Shown here: positions 21,649 to 32,472 of the stretch, in pieces | Layout of the letters: each line of letters opens with the position of its first letter | How positions within the stretch are numbered: the stretch's first letter is position 1 | DNA from: Bacilli bacterium | Lineage (GTDB): Bacteria; Bacillota_I; Bacilli_A; JBKEDG01 | Direction of reading: 5' to 3' | NCBI GenBank assembly: GCA_047975285.1 | Contig: JBKEDG010000031.1 | Span: 268 to 64,267, forward strand | Length of the DNA stretch: 64,000 nucleotides | Made by a program: the position numbers and the translations under genes | Notes under the pieces: model-generated | The model's input: only the letters and a program-made list of their open reading frames with translations | Told to the model about the DNA's origin: nothing | Database searches by the model: none

Positions 21649-23095
21649 TTTTATGTCCTTCCATGCCATTTCTATTGGACTTGTAATTATTAATATCTTC
21701 AATCTTAGTGTTTTCATCACAACTAAGTTCATGATATTCTTCATCATAGTTTAAGTCCACTATTTTAGTATTATTCAATTCCAATTCTGCAAGTTGAACA
21801 TCAGACAAATCAATCTCATTAGAATTAACATTATGTGTATCTAAATTCAAATTATATGCATTTACATTTAATACATCCATATTCATATTTTTTAAGTACA
21901 TTTCACCATTATTTCCAATTAAATCGATGCTTTCAAAACTATTATTTTCCAATTCAACATTAAACTCAGTTGAATTAATCTCTAAATCATTATGCTCAAT
22001 ATTTTTAGAACTTTCAAGTTTTAATTCAGTTCTATATGAATTTATGAAATAATTTTCTGAATGTACATCTTGTATGTCTACATAATTTGAATTATTAACC
22101 TCAATTCTTTCAAAATCTTTATTAGTAGTTATTTTTACTAATGGTCTATTTAGGAAATTTCCTGTCTCTCTATAAAGATTGTCATCGATAGATATGAGTC
22201 TTGAAAAACCACTATCATTCGTTTTAGAACTAACAATAAGTTCCCCGTTTTCTGATGCCAAATTAAGCTCACAATCATATTCAACCTTATTTTCTACTCC
22301 ATAAACTATTTCTACATCTACTCCTGTTATAGTCAAACTTTTTATATCATCTTTTAATTCATATATCTGAGGATTTGTACTATCGCAATTTTGATTATAC
22401 CCTTGAGACTCAGCAATAAACTTCATTCCATCATTTAACCAGTAATCACCACTTACACTAAAACCTACTACAAATGCTATTAATGATAATGAAAAACTTG
22501 TTGCCAATACAATTAAAGCATATTTTTTTACTCTTATTTTTTTATAAATACACTTCTTTTCTTTAATCATATTTATATTAAATATCACATAATTGTAAAG
22601 TAATTTGTAAAGTAATTTTGAAAGCACTATTAGAAATACTACTCCAAAAACACATAGTAACGCAATTGCTACAGCAATTAAGTTTGTAGCAACAGAACTA
22701 AATGTTCCAGTAACTAACAATATAAGCATTATTACACTTGAGACTGAAAGTCCAACTATTCCTCCAATTATTCCAAATATCACTCCAACTATTCCAAAAA
22801 ACGCTGCTATACCAACAAAAACATTAAATACTTGCAAAATAATAAATGCCATATTACTGCCACTTTTCTTATTATTAGTAGAACTATGTGTAGTTCCATA
22901 CGAATCTGCTAAATCCTTAACCGAACCTAATTCATTGATAGCATCTTCTTCACTTAAATCTTGCTGCATTTTTTGATATATTAAATCATCATAATCATCA
23001 ATAATATCTTCAATGTTTTTTATATTTCTTCCTTTCAGTTCTTCACTAAGGTTTTTTAAGTACTCTTTTTTATTCACTTGCGCTCTCCCCCTCAA
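21641..23095 (-). CDS. Membrane protein with DUF1700-like N-terminus and DUF4097-like (putative adhesin beta-helix) C-terminal domain
   Basis: Acidic cytoplasmic N-terminus, 4-5 TM helices, then a long beta-rich repetitive C-terminal domain. PadR lies upstream and PspC downstream. Confidence 0.55.
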   Translation of the reverse strand: MRGRAQVNKKEYLKNLSEELKGRNIKNIEDIIDDYDDLIYQKMQQDLSEEDAINELGSVKDLADSYGTTHSSTNNKKSGSNMAFIILQVFNVFVGIAAFFGIVGVIFGIIGGIVGLSVSSVIMLILLVTGTFSSVATNLIAVAIALLCVFGVVFLIVLSKLLYKLLYNYVIFNINMIKEKKCIYKKIRVKKYALIVLATSFSLSLIAFVVGFSVSGDYWLNDGMKFIAESQGYNQNCDSTNPQIYELKDDIKSLTITGVDVEIVYGVENKVEYDCELNLASENGELIVSSKTNDSGFSRLISIDDNLYRETGNFLNRPLVKITTNKDFERIEVNNSNYVDIQDVHSENYFINSYRTELKLESSKNIEHNDLEINSTEFNVELENNSFESIDLIGNNGEMYLKNMNMDVLNVNAYNLNLDTHNVNSNEIDLSDVQLAELELNNTKIVDLNYDEEYHELSCDENTKIEDINNYKSNRNGMEGHKNE

Positions 23096-23393
23096 TTAAA
23101 TCACTAACTCTATTCACAAATTCATTCCAATCAGTATATGAAATATTGTAACGATTCTCACCTGCAGTAGTGATTTTATAATATTTTCTTCTTGGACTAT
23201 CACTATCTTTTAAATAATATGACTCAAGAAAATCATCATTAGTTAATCTGTGTAAAATGGGATAAATCGTATTTTCAGTTACACTGAAATATTTAGAAAT
23301 TATTTGCACTATTTCATATCCATACGTATCATTTGTATAAAGTATACGTAACACACACATCTCTATAACACCCTTTTTAAATTGCGTATTCAT
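23070..23393 (-). CDS. PadR-family transcriptional regulator
   Basis: 107 aa winged-HTH. The motif VLRILYTNDTYGYEIVQ is typical of PadR. Confidence 0.8.
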   Translation of the reverse strand: MNTQFKKGVIEMCVLRILYTNDTYGYEIVQIISKYFSVTENTIYPILHRLTNDDFLESYYLKDSDSPRRKYYKITTAGENRYNISYTDWNEFVNRVSDLIEGESASE

Positions 23394-23595
23394 AATCTCT
23401 CCTCTCTTTTGTATAACACTATATTTTGTATTGCACAGTAATATAATAACACATTACTTTGTTATACACAAGTGCTTTTTAAAAAAATATTTTTTTAGTG
23501 TGTATCAGTTATAATCTATGTACACTTATCCTTGATATATATAGTAATTAAGGATAATTTTATAATTTATGTTATAATATAGTTGAGGTGATAAT

Positions 23596-24657
23596 ATGAA
23601 ATTATTTTGTCCAGGTCCTGTTAATGTATCAGAAAATGTTATTAATTCGATTTCAAATATCCAAATTGGTCACCGCAGTAAAGATTTTGAAGATTTATTT
23701 AAAAACATTAAAGCAAACATTTTAAAATTATCAAAAGCTGATAGCTCATATGACTGTGTAATCCTATCTTCTTCAGGCAGCAGTGCTAATGAGAGTGTGA
23801 TTGCAAGTCTATTTACAAGTAAAGATAAAATATTAATTTTATCTAACGGAAGTTTTGGAGAAAGAATTGCTAAAATGGTTAATTCTTACAAATTAAATTA
23901 TCATATTTTAACTACTGAGTGGGGAAGTGATTTGAATCTTGAAAACTTACAAAAACATTTACAAGCAAATTCTTATGACTATTTATTTGTTTCTCATGAT
24001 GAAACTTCTAGTGGACTATTAAATCCTATTACAGAACTAGGACTAATGTGTAAACAATACAATATTAAGTTCTTTGTTGATTGTGTAAGTTCTCTTGCAA
24101 GTGATGAAGTTGATATTCAAAAACAAAACATATCCATTATGACAGCTGTTTCTGGAAAAGCTCTTGGAGGATTACCTGGTGCAAGCATTGTAGTTATGAA
24201 GAAATATTTGTTTGATAAAACAATGGTAAATAAGGTTCAAAGCAGTTACTTAAATCTAGCAAACTATTATGATTTTTCAATCAACAAAAATCAGACTCCA
24301 AACACCCCAAACATTACAAGTTTTATTAGTCTTGATGTTGCTTTAAAGGAGTGCGTTAAAACAAGCAAACAACCTCGCTATATTGAATGTAGCAATTACC
24401 TTCGTGATGAGTTTGAACTATTAAATATAGCATTTGTTATTGAACGCTTTAAAATGTCAAACACAGTTACTACAATTATTCTTCCAAAAGAGATACCCGC
24501 TAAGAAGATGTATGATAAACTATACCAAAATGGTTTTACAACATACTTAACTAGAGGAGTATTTGAAGAAATGAATTGTCTGCAGGTATGTGTTATGGGA
24601 GAAATATATTTAGAAGATTGTAAAAAGTTTATTGAAGTATTTAAGTCCTTGCTATAA
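23596..24657 (+). CDS. Class V aminotransferase (serine-pyruvate/AGT family)
   Basis: 353 aa with the N-terminal motif CPGPVNVSE of class V PLP enzymes. Confidence 0.7.
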   Translation: MKLFCPGPVNVSENVINSISNIQIGHRSKDFEDLFKNIKANILKLSKADSSYDCVILSSSGSSANESVIASLFTSKDKILILSNGSFGERIAKMVNSYKLNYHILTTEWGSDLNLENLQKHLQANSYDYLFVSHDETSSGLLNPITELGLMCKQYNIKFFVDCVSSLASDEVDIQKQNISIMTAVSGKALGGLPGASIVVMKKYLFDKTMVNKVQSSYLNLANYYDFSINKNQTPNTPNITSFISLDVALKECVKTSKQPRYIECSNYLRDEFELLNIAFVIERFKMSNTVTTIILPKEIPAKKMYDKLYQNGFTTYLTRGVFEEMNCLQVCVMGEIYLEDCKKFIEVFKSLL

Positions 24658-24708
24658 TAAAAGTTTTACGTATTAGGTTTTTACAACTCCCAAAGTACTT
24701 AAAACTTT

Positions 24709-24963
24709 TTATTTAACTAAATTTACAAGTGTAATAAGATTTATTCCTGCATTAATCATCGAACTACCTATCATTATCCCTAGTAATAATGCCAAATAAG
24801 TCGGAGTAAAGAATGAAATAACTCCAATCAATATCGTAAATAACCCAATAATTAAATAAACTTTCGGATATTTAAAAGACTTTCTCTCAATTATATATTA
24901 CAATATACACGTCATTCCTAATACAATTAGCATTATTCCAACAAGGTATTTTAATATTTTCAT
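24709..24963 (-). pseudogene. Small hydrophobic membrane protein, apparently frameshifted
   Basis: A 21-aa ORF (MKILKYLVGIMLIVLGMTCIL*) is followed in another frame by about 55 aa of continuous hydrophobic sequence. Confidence 0.25.
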
Positions 24964-24990
24964 AAAACCTCCCTTACTAACTTTAAACAA

Positions 24991-25971
24991 TTAAATTGAT
25001 TGTAAGTAATTAAAAATCAAATTTTCATAATCTTTTTTTGATTTAGTTTTATTTACTGCTGACTTTACAACACTAGAATTAGGTAATCCTTTTAAATAAC
25101 AATGCATATGAGTTCTCATTTCACTTATTGCAACTTTTTCTCCTTTAAGTTCAATTAGTCTATTTAGATGTTCTAAAGCTACTGTTAATTTTTCCCTAGG
25201 AGTTGGTTTAGTGTAATTTCTGTTTTCAAGAAAACATAAAACTTCTTCAAATAAAAATGGATTCCCAAGACATCCTCTACCAATCATGATTGCATCAACT
25301 CCAGTTGCAAGCATTCTTTTGGCACTTTCTATATCTATGATATCTCCATTGCCAATAATAGGAATTTTAACCGATTTTTTTACTTGTTTTATTAAATCTA
25401 AATCTGCCAATCCTGTATACATCTGTTTTCTAGTTCTTCCGTGAATAGCAATTGCACTTGCCCCACATTCTTCAATAATTTTTGCAATTTCTACACAATT
25501 AATTGAACTATCATCCCACCCAGTTCTAATTTTAACAGTAATCGGCTTTTTACTAATTGCAACTGCTGCAGTGACAATTTCTCTAACTAGTTTAGGGTTT
25601 TTCATCAATCCAGCTCCACTTCCAGATTTAGTTGCCACCTTAGGAACAGGACAACCCATATTAATATCTATAATATCACAAAGTGAATGCTCATTGATGT
25701 ATTCAATAGCACTAGTAAATGTTTCCACATCACTTCCAAACACTTGTAAACTCACGGGCCTTTCTTCTTCACTCACATATAGCATTTTTAAAGTTCTCTC
25801 GTTTTTATAATATATCGCTTTTTCACTTACCATTTCAGTACAAACCAAACCAACTCCAAAATCCTTTGCAATTGTTCTAAATGCATTATCACAAATTCCA
25901 GCCATTGGAGCTAACACTAATTTATTTTTAATTTCTATTTCACCAATTTTAAACATTAAATCACCTAACAT
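24991..25971 (-). CDS. dusB: tRNA-dihydrouridine synthase
   Basis: 326 aa FMN TIM-barrel Dus-family protein, with an N-terminal motif for substrate binding. Confidence 0.9.
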   Translation of the reverse strand: MLGDLMFKIGEIEIKNKLVLAPMAGICDNAFRTIAKDFGVGLVCTEMVSEKAIYYKNERTLKMLYVSEEERPVSLQVFGSDVETFTSAIEYINEHSLCDIIDINMGCPVPKVATKSGSGAGLMKNPKLVREIVTAAVAISKKPITVKIRTGWDDSSINCVEIAKIIEECGASAIAIHGRTRKQMYTGLADLDLIKQVKKSVKIPIIGNGDIIDIESAKRMLATGVDAIMIGRGCLGNPFLFEEVLCFLENRNYTKPTPREKLTVALEHLNRLIELKGEKVAISEMRTHMHCYLKGLPNSSVVKSAVNKTKSKKDYENLIFNYLQSI

Positions 25972-26352
25972 ATTATAACATAATAAATTTTATATTTCTA
26001 TAATTGGCTTTTTTATTGGGTTTTAAGTATTTATCTATTTTGAAATTACACTTTTAGTACAATTTTTATATGGTTACTAAATTGGTCAATTTATCTGCAG
26101 TGGCATTATGGGTTCTTGGATAAAGATGTTCTAAATTAAATAATGTGGTTAGAGTACAATACATGACATGTGATACTTAGAGTTTTATAAAATTATTACG
26201 TTCTATTACTATCAATTTGATAAAGATTCAGGATTAAACACATGAAATTTACACAAAATTAACTACATTAATATACACTTGTTACTTAGTTTAAGTATTA
26301 TCAATTATTTACTGATGTTCTAAATATGATATAATGTATAAGAGGTGAAAAA

Positions 26353-26973
26353 ATGAGGCTAGATAGTTTTAAACTTAAAATAACTGCATGTATATTAATG
26401 ACACTTTCGCATATACAATACCACATCGGTATAAATAACATTCTATATATTGGACAAGGAGCATTCCCAATTTTTGCATATCTTTGTGCTTATGCTACTA
26501 CTAAAACGAGAAATATTTCCTTATATGTTAAACGATTATTAATATTTGGAGCAATTATCCAAATACCTATTTTTATTATCGGAGAAACATATATAAATAT
26601 ATTTATCACCCTAGGGCTTGGAGTATTTACAATTAATACGATAAAAAATTTTAATTATACAGTAATCCCAATAGTCCTATTGTTTGCATACTTTACTAAT
26701 TTAGATTATGGAATTTTTGGAATCTTGCTCATTACAATCCCTTATATTACAAAATTTAATAAACATATCTTTACATTAAGCCTAGTTATTCTACAATTAT
26801 TATGGATTAATGTATTTAATGTATTTTATGTTTATCAATGGTTATCATTAATTTCTATTCCTTTTATTTATCTTTATGACTATACTAAAGGTTATGGAAA
26901 ATTTAAGTACTTTTTTTATATCTATTATCCCTTACATATAGTAATTATATATGGAATTAGTTTAATAATATGA
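26353..26973 (+). CDS. TraX-family membrane protein
   Basis: The N-terminal LKITACILMTLSHI matches the TraX-family signature. Confidence 0.55.
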   Translation: MRLDSFKLKITACILMTLSHIQYHIGINNILYIGQGAFPIFAYLCAYATTKTRNISLYVKRLLIFGAIIQIPIFIIGETYINIFITLGLGVFTINTIKNFNYTVIPIVLLFAYFTNLDYGIFGILLITIPYITKFNKHIFTLSLVILQLLWINVFNVFYVYQWLSLISIPFIYLYDYTKGYGKFKYFFYIYYPLHIVIIYGISLII

Positions 26974-27227
26974 TTTACTTGACATTATATAACATAATTA
27001 TATTTATTATTTTTGGTTTAGATAAATACCTAGCCATTAAAGGGGGGTATCGCATAAGTGAACGATTTTTAATTACTACTGGTTCACTTTTAGGATTTAT
27101 TGGTGCAATAACTGCGATGATACTCTTTAATCACAAAGTTAGATCACAATCATTTAAATTTAAATTATACTTTTTTTCACTTTTAAATACTCTAATACTA
27201 TTTAGTATTTATTTCTTTGTGGTATAA
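26970..27227 (+). CDS. DUF1294-domain small membrane protein
   Basis: 85 aa. The ISERFLITTGSLLGFIGA motif is characteristic of DUF1294. Confidence 0.5.
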   Translation: MIYLTLYNIIIFIIFGLDKYLAIKGGYRISERFLITTGSLLGFIGAITAMILFNHKVRSQSFKFKLYFFSLLNTLILFSIYFFVV

Positions 27228-29601
27228 TTATAATATGTTGAAAATAATCATTACAGATGACATTAAAATATTTCAATCCGATAAAGTAATTAAGCTTACT
27301 CAAAAAAAATTGAAAGCTATAATTGCATTTTTTGTGATTGAAGAAAGTATTGAAAGAACTGTTCTTGCAGAAATGTTTTTTAACGGAAATAAAAATCCGA
27401 TTAGAAATAGCATTTATATGATTAATAAAATTATTGGAACGGACTTTTTAGTCAATCAAAACCGTAATATTATAACATTAAATACTAAAATTAAATACGA
27501 AGTTGAAATTGATAAGACTAATTTTCTAGCCGACTTGAAATTTTCAAATGAATCATTTTTCCGCTGGAAACAACAACAATTAAAAAAAGATTTCTATGTA
27601 AACCAACAAGTATTAGATACAGTTTATTTTGATTTTTTAAAAACAAATTCTTCTAACTATCTAATTAACGGTCAAAATGGAGTAGGCAAGACAGAGTTTG
27701 TATCAAGACTATATGATTTAATTCCAGACAACAAAATAAGAGTTAAATGTACAAAACATGAGCAATATTTCTCTTTGAACATTATCCATATCATTTTAAA
27801 CTACCTAAGTAAATTTGAAAAAAAGAACTTTTTAACAATTTTTACAGATATTAACTATAATGATAAAAAGGCTTTTTTAGATGAAAATAACTTATTAAAT
27901 TTATATTACTTACCCATTACCGAATTACTTATTAAAATCTTATCCGAAGAACTTTCTAAAAAATATCTTATAATTATTGAAGATATAGAATACATAGATT
28001 CAACAAGTTTAAGTTTAATAAATAAATTAATTGAATTTAAAAATTTAAATTTAGTATTTATTATGACTTATAATACTTCTAAAAAACCAAATGTGAATAT
28101 TTCTAAGGATGTAAAAAAATTTACTATTGCTGATTGGAATAAGGATGATGTTAAAAAATATATTGAATACTATTATCCAAATCATATTAATTATTTGAAT
28201 GAAATTTTTGAATTTACTAATGGAAACCCATTTTACATTGAAGTAGTTATGAACAATCTGATTGCATCTAATACATTATCACTAAGTAGAGATTACCTCG
28301 CAAACACCTTTAAATGTTTAAATGAAAGTGAAAAAGATATCTTAAAATATATTAGTTGTTTTAATGGTAGTTCTTCTCTTAAAAGTATTTGCAAAATATT
28401 TCTTATTGACAAGCAAGTTATTTATAAGTTAAGCCAATTAAATATTTTAAAAATTAGAAGTGTTAATAACAAGGACAAAGTGTACTTCAAACACTCTATA
28501 TTAAAAGACTATATTTATGTTAATTTAGAAGAAGAACAACGTTTCCAATTTCATTTAATGATAGCACAAGAAATTGAAAGAAATCTTAAACTTGATTCCT
28601 TAATTAAAGTTTACGAAATATATTTTCATTATAGTAAAGCAAACAATCTTGTTAAAATGACTCAATATAAAATAAAGTACTTATCTTTAGTATCTAGTTA
28701 CACTCATAGCGTATTTCCACATACTGACAAATTTAACTTTATTACTAGTAATCAGCACAGTTCTTACAATATTAAAAATGAAGTCAAAGAATTAGAGGAA
28801 ATATTTAAAACCAATGTTATCTTGCGAACAAACAACGAGATATTAATTGATTTTTATACTTTAAAAAATCGGTACGATATTATTGTTGGAGAAACAAAGG
28901 GTGTTAAGAACAACATTTTAAATCATATTAAGTTGTGTAATGATATTAGTAATAAATCGGAACTGATTAAGGCATATTATATTATGATTTATTACGGTCT
29001 TAATATTGGAAATCACGAAATCATTGATAAATATCTAATTATGCTTAATAATCTTATAGACACTAAAAGTAATGCAATAACTAGGCGTATAAAAGGATAT
29101 ACATATATCTTAAAACACGAGTATAATAAATCAATATTTACTTTAAACGAATCATTAGAATTATCTAACAATTTATCTAAAGAATTAGCAGAAACTAATT
29201 TGGTTGCATGCTACGCTTATCTTGGTGAAGTACATATTATAACTCATAATTATAAAAGAGCTCTAAAAGATTTAAAACGAGGAGAAAAGATTGTTAATGA
29301 AAGTTCAAATTATATTAGTGGTAGTATCTTAATAAAGTTATTTATGGCGATTTGCTACTTTAGACTAAATGATAATAAACATGCTCTAGAGTATATTAGA
29401 GAAGCATATCAAACTTATGATAATAGTGATCTGTGTTGGAAACGATGCTCTTGTTATTTGTATGCTAGACAAATATATAAATGCTGTAACTTAGACTATA
29501 AAATCTTTGATGATAAAATTAATAAATGTAAAATTAAATACCATAGCGATTTAGGTAAATGGCTATACAATGAATTTTTAAAAGAAACAAATAGTACATA
29601 A
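27217..29601 (+). CDS. STAND-class regulator: N-terminal winged-helix (OmpR/SARP-like) + P-loop NTPase + C-terminal TPR-like repeats
   Basis: N-terminal ~100 aa resemble SARP/AfsR trans_reg_C. Walker A NGQNGVGKTEF. The C-terminal ~350 aa are helical and repeat-rich. Confidence 0.6.
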   Translation: MWYNYNMLKIIITDDIKIFQSDKVIKLTQKKLKAIIAFFVIEESIERTVLAEMFFNGNKNPIRNSIYMINKIIGTDFLVNQNRNIITLNTKIKYEVEIDKTNFLADLKFSNESFFRWKQQQLKKDFYVNQQVLDTVYFDFLKTNSSNYLINGQNGVGKTEFVSRLYDLIPDNKIRVKCTKHEQYFSLNIIHIILNYLSKFEKKNFLTIFTDINYNDKKAFLDENNLLNLYYLPITELLIKILSEELSKKYLIIIEDIEYIDSTSLSLINKLIEFKNLNLVFIMTYNTSKKPNVNISKDVKKFTIADWNKDDVKKYIEYYYPNHINYLNEIFEFTNGNPFYIEVVMNNLIASNTLSLSRDYLANTFKCLNESEKDILKYISCFNGSSSLKSICKIFLIDKQVIYKLSQLNILKIRSVNNKDKVYFKHSILKDYIYVNLEEEQRFQFHLMIAQEIERNLKLDSLIKVYEIYFHYSKANNLVKMTQYKIKYLSLVSSYTHSVFPHTDKFNFITSNQHSSYNIKNEVKELEEIFKTNVILRTNNEILIDFYTLKNRYDIIVGETKGVKNNILNHIKLCNDISNKSELIKAYYIMIYYGLNIGNHEIIDKYLIMLNNLIDTKSNAITRRIKGYTYILKHEYNKSIFTLNESLELSNNLSKELAETNLVACYAYLGEVHIITHNYKRALKDLKRGEKIVNESSNYISGSILIKLFMAICYFRLNDNKHALEYIREAYQTYDNSDLCWKRCSCYLYARQIYKCCNLDYKIFDDKINKCKIKYHSDLGKWLYNEFLKETNST

Positions 29602-29665
29602 AAATAAAAATATTTATATATATTTTTATTCAAATAATATATAATTATTATATGGAGGTATTATT

Positions 29666-30538
29666 ATGAAACAATATTTAGAATTATGTGATTTTATACT
29701 TAAAAATGGGATAGAAAAACCAGATCGTACTAATACAGGAACTATCTCTTATTTTGGTTATCAAATGCGTTTTAATTTAAATGAAGGATTTCCAATCGTT
29801 ACTACAAAAAAAGTTCATTTAAAATCTGTTATTCACGAACTATTATGGTTTATTAATGGTGATACAAATATTAAATATTTAGTTGATAATGGAGTTAGTA
29901 TTTGGAATGACTGGCCATATAAAAAATTTAAGAATAGCAGCGACTATAACAATGAGACTATGAAAGAATTTATCCAGAAAATTAAAGACAGTAACAGCTT
30001 TGCAAGTAAATTTGGTGACCTTGGACCTGTTTATGGGAAGCAATGGCGTGACTTTGATAACCGTGGGGTGGATCAGCTTAAAATATTAGTTGAAGGATTA
30101 AAAAACAATCCTGACTCAAGAAGACATATTTTAAGTGCTTGGAACCCAGCACAAATAGATCAAATGGCATTACCACCATGTCATTCATTCATTCAGTTTT
30201 ACGTTATAAATAATAAATTAAGTTGTCAACTTTATCAAAGAAGTGCTGATGTTTTTCTTGGGGTACCATTTAACATTAGTTCTTACGCACTATTTACAAT
30301 GATGTTAGCACAAGTATGTAACTTAGAACTAGGGGACTTTGTTCATACAATTGGAGATGCTCATATTTACTCTAATCACATTGAGCAAATAAACTTACAG
30401 TTATCAAGAAAAGTATTCCCGTTACCTACTATGAGAATCAATCCTAATGTAAACTCTATTTTTGATTTTAAATACGATGATTTTGAACTTGTTGATTATA
30501 AAAGTCACGAGTCTATTAAAGGTAAGGTGGCTGTATAA
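29666..30538 (+). CDS. thyA: Thymidylate synthase
   Basis: 290 aa with the active-site region PPCH. Confidence 0.95.
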   Translation: MKQYLELCDFILKNGIEKPDRTNTGTISYFGYQMRFNLNEGFPIVTTKKVHLKSVIHELLWFINGDTNIKYLVDNGVSIWNDWPYKKFKNSSDYNNETMKEFIQKIKDSNSFASKFGDLGPVYGKQWRDFDNRGVDQLKILVEGLKNNPDSRRHILSAWNPAQIDQMALPPCHSFIQFYVINNKLSCQLYQRSADVFLGVPFNISSYALFTMMLAQVCNLELGDFVHTIGDAHIYSNHIEQINLQLSRKVFPLPTMRINPNVNSIFDFKYDDFELVDYKSHESIKGKVAV

Positions 30539-31026
30539 TGTTAAGTTTAATTGTAGCTTTTGATAAAAACCAAGTAATAGGAAAAGATAACGCTATGCCT
30601 TGGCATTACCCTGAAGACTTAAAATACTTTAAAAAAACAACCCTAAATCATAAAATTATAATGGGAGCAAATACTTTTAACTCTATTCTGAATTACTTAA
30701 ATCACCCATTTTCTAATCGTCATAGTTTAATAGTCACTGATATGAAATTTGATAAAACGTACGAAAATGTAACCTACTATGATAACCTTGAAGATATTAT
30801 CAATGAATTTGAAAATTCAGGTGAAGAAGTATTTGTTGCCGGCGGAATGAGTATTTATAATCAAATGATTGACCACTGTCAAAAACTATATATTACTCAT
30901 ATTGATAAATCATTTAATGGTGACGCTTTTTTCCCAAAATTCAATTACAATGAGTTTACTAAACTATCTAGCAATAAATTAGGTGACCTCGATTTTTGTG
31001 TATATGAAAGAAAACAAAATGTTTAG
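30538..31026 (+). CDS. folA: Dihydrofolate reductase
   Basis: 162 aa with the motif LIVAFDKNQVIGKDNAMPW. Start overlaps the thyA stop. Confidence 0.9.
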   Translation: MLSLIVAFDKNQVIGKDNAMPWHYPEDLKYFKKTTLNHKIIMGANTFNSILNYLNHPFSNRHSLIVTDMKFDKTYENVTYYDNLEDIINEFENSGEEVFVAGGMSIYNQMIDHCQKLYITHIDKSFNGDAFFPKFNYNEFTKLSSNKLGDLDFCVYERKQNV

Positions 31027-31726
31027 TTTAAGACTTGGACTTGCGTATGTAAGAATGTATCTTACAACATCACTTTATAAGCGTAAACTAGGAAAAGATA
31101 AGCAAAGAGATATCAAGAAGACTATTGCTATTGCAAATCAAATTTTTAAAGACACCCATGTTGAAACTTATGTAATTGATGCTAATAATATTCCAAATGA
31201 AAATGGAATTATGTATGTTGCAAACCATCAATCATCATATGATATTTATGCATTTTTTGTTATTTTGCAAAGGCAACTTGCTTTTATTGCAAAAGAAGAA
31301 TTTAGAAAGTACTTTAATATTGGGTATTATATTGAAGCGTTAGGTGGTATATTAATTGATCGATCTGATGTAAAAAGTCAAATTAAATCTGTAAGAGAAC
31401 TTACTAAAAGATTAGAAAACGGTACAAATGTTTGTGTATATCCAGAGGGTACTAGAAGAACTGATGGCAGCATAGGAGAATTTAAGTCTGGAACTTTTAA
31501 AATGGCAATTAAGAGTAAATGTAAAATTGTACCAATCACGTTTTTTGAAAACTATAATGCCCTAAAAACAAAAAAAATCAAAGCAAAAGTAAACAAAGTT
31601 ATTAATTATGAGGAATACAAAGATATGTCTACAAGCGAACTAAGTGATTATGTAAAAAATATTATTCAAAATGATTTAAATAAAGGATTTGATTTAAACA
31701 ATGCAAAAATTATTAAAGTTCTTTAG
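31019..31726 (+). CDS. plsC: 1-acyl-sn-glycerol-3-phosphate acyltransferase
   Basis: HxxxxD motif (NHQSSYD) and PEGTR motif. The start was set at an internal Met to avoid a 44-nt overlap with folA. Confidence 0.8.
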   Translation: MFSLRLGLAYVRMYLTTSLYKRKLGKDKQRDIKKTIAIANQIFKDTHVETYVIDANNIPNENGIMYVANHQSSYDIYAFFVILQRQLAFIAKEEFRKYFNIGYYIEALGGILIDRSDVKSQIKSVRELTKRLENGTNVCVYPEGTRRTDGSIGEFKSGTFKMAIKSKCKIVPITFFENYNALKTKKIKAKVNKVINYEEYKDMSTSELSDYVKNIIQNDLNKGFDLNNAKIIKVL

Positions 31727-32291
31727 CATCTTGATATTGACCTTATTATTAAGTGCATGCAGTTTTGTAAATATCCACAAAATAACTTTGATGTACACTG
31801 ACGCTCTTACATTAGAAAATCCAGTTCAATACCCTAAATATATTGAAGTAAATAAAGATTATTTTAATGATGAACTCAATAAAGAACTTTGTCAAACTCT
31901 TTTAACAAGAACTACAACTAAAGAGGTTGAATTTTCATCTAAACAGTCCTCTAAACTATACGAAAGCCTAAATAATTTTAGAAAAAAACATGTGAATATA
32001 ATCTTGATTGACGCAAATGAATCTAGTAATAGTGCGAAAATAAAAGTATCTATAACTGATTCGTATGAGTTACTAATTAACGAAATAAGGGAAAATCTAA
32101 CTATTGAGACTACTGAAGTAGATTATACTGAAATGATATATGAATCTCTTATTCATAGTATTGATAATGCAAAAAGAAGCGATTATGTAGAAATGACGAT
32201 TGAATTTAAAACTGATGAAGTGACTGGAAAATATTATATCAGCGAAAATTCCCAAAAAGTTCTCTTAGAATTTATATTAGGAATAAAATGA
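31701..32291 (+). CDS. Lipoprotein of unknown function
   Basis: Signal peptide with lipobox LLSAC. Confidence 0.55.
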   Translation: MQKLLKFFSILILTLLLSACSFVNIHKITLMYTDALTLENPVQYPKYIEVNKDYFNDELNKELCQTLLTRTTTKEVEFSSKQSSKLYESLNNFRKKHVNIILIDANESSNSAKIKVSITDSYELLINEIRENLTIETTEVDYTEMIYESLIHSIDNAKRSDYVEMTIEFKTDEVTGKYYISENSQKVLLEFILGIK

Positions 32292-32344
32292 GATATCTAA
32301 TATTTTCCTTTATTTTAAACTAGTAATAATGTATAATTATAATG

Positions 32345-32458
32345 TATACGTATAATAGTGGTTAATGGTCCACGAGTTTCTACCTCACATCCTAATGTGA
32401 GACTACGCACGTTCTTTATGTGTGCATTAGAAACTCTAAACGAGTTTTTTTATTTGTA
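32345..32458 (+). ncRNA. Purine (guanine-type) riboswitch with terminator expression platform
   Basis: Matches the xpt aptamer: CGUAUAAU-AGUGG-UUAAUGG-UCCAC-GAGUUUCUACC-UCACA-UCCUAA-UGUGA-GAC-UACG, with J3/1 C indicating guanine specificity. Followed by the AAACTC-TAAAC-GAGTTT hairpin plus T7 at 32432..32458. Confidence 0.8.
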
Positions 32459-32472
32459 TTATAGGAGGGAAT

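Noticed and set aside
27217-29601. STAND NTPase as an Avs-type antiphage defence protein.
   Set aside because: The N-terminal domain looks like a SARP/OmpR winged-helix DNA-binding domain rather than a nuclease, protease or other effector. A transcriptional regulator is the more parsimonious call.
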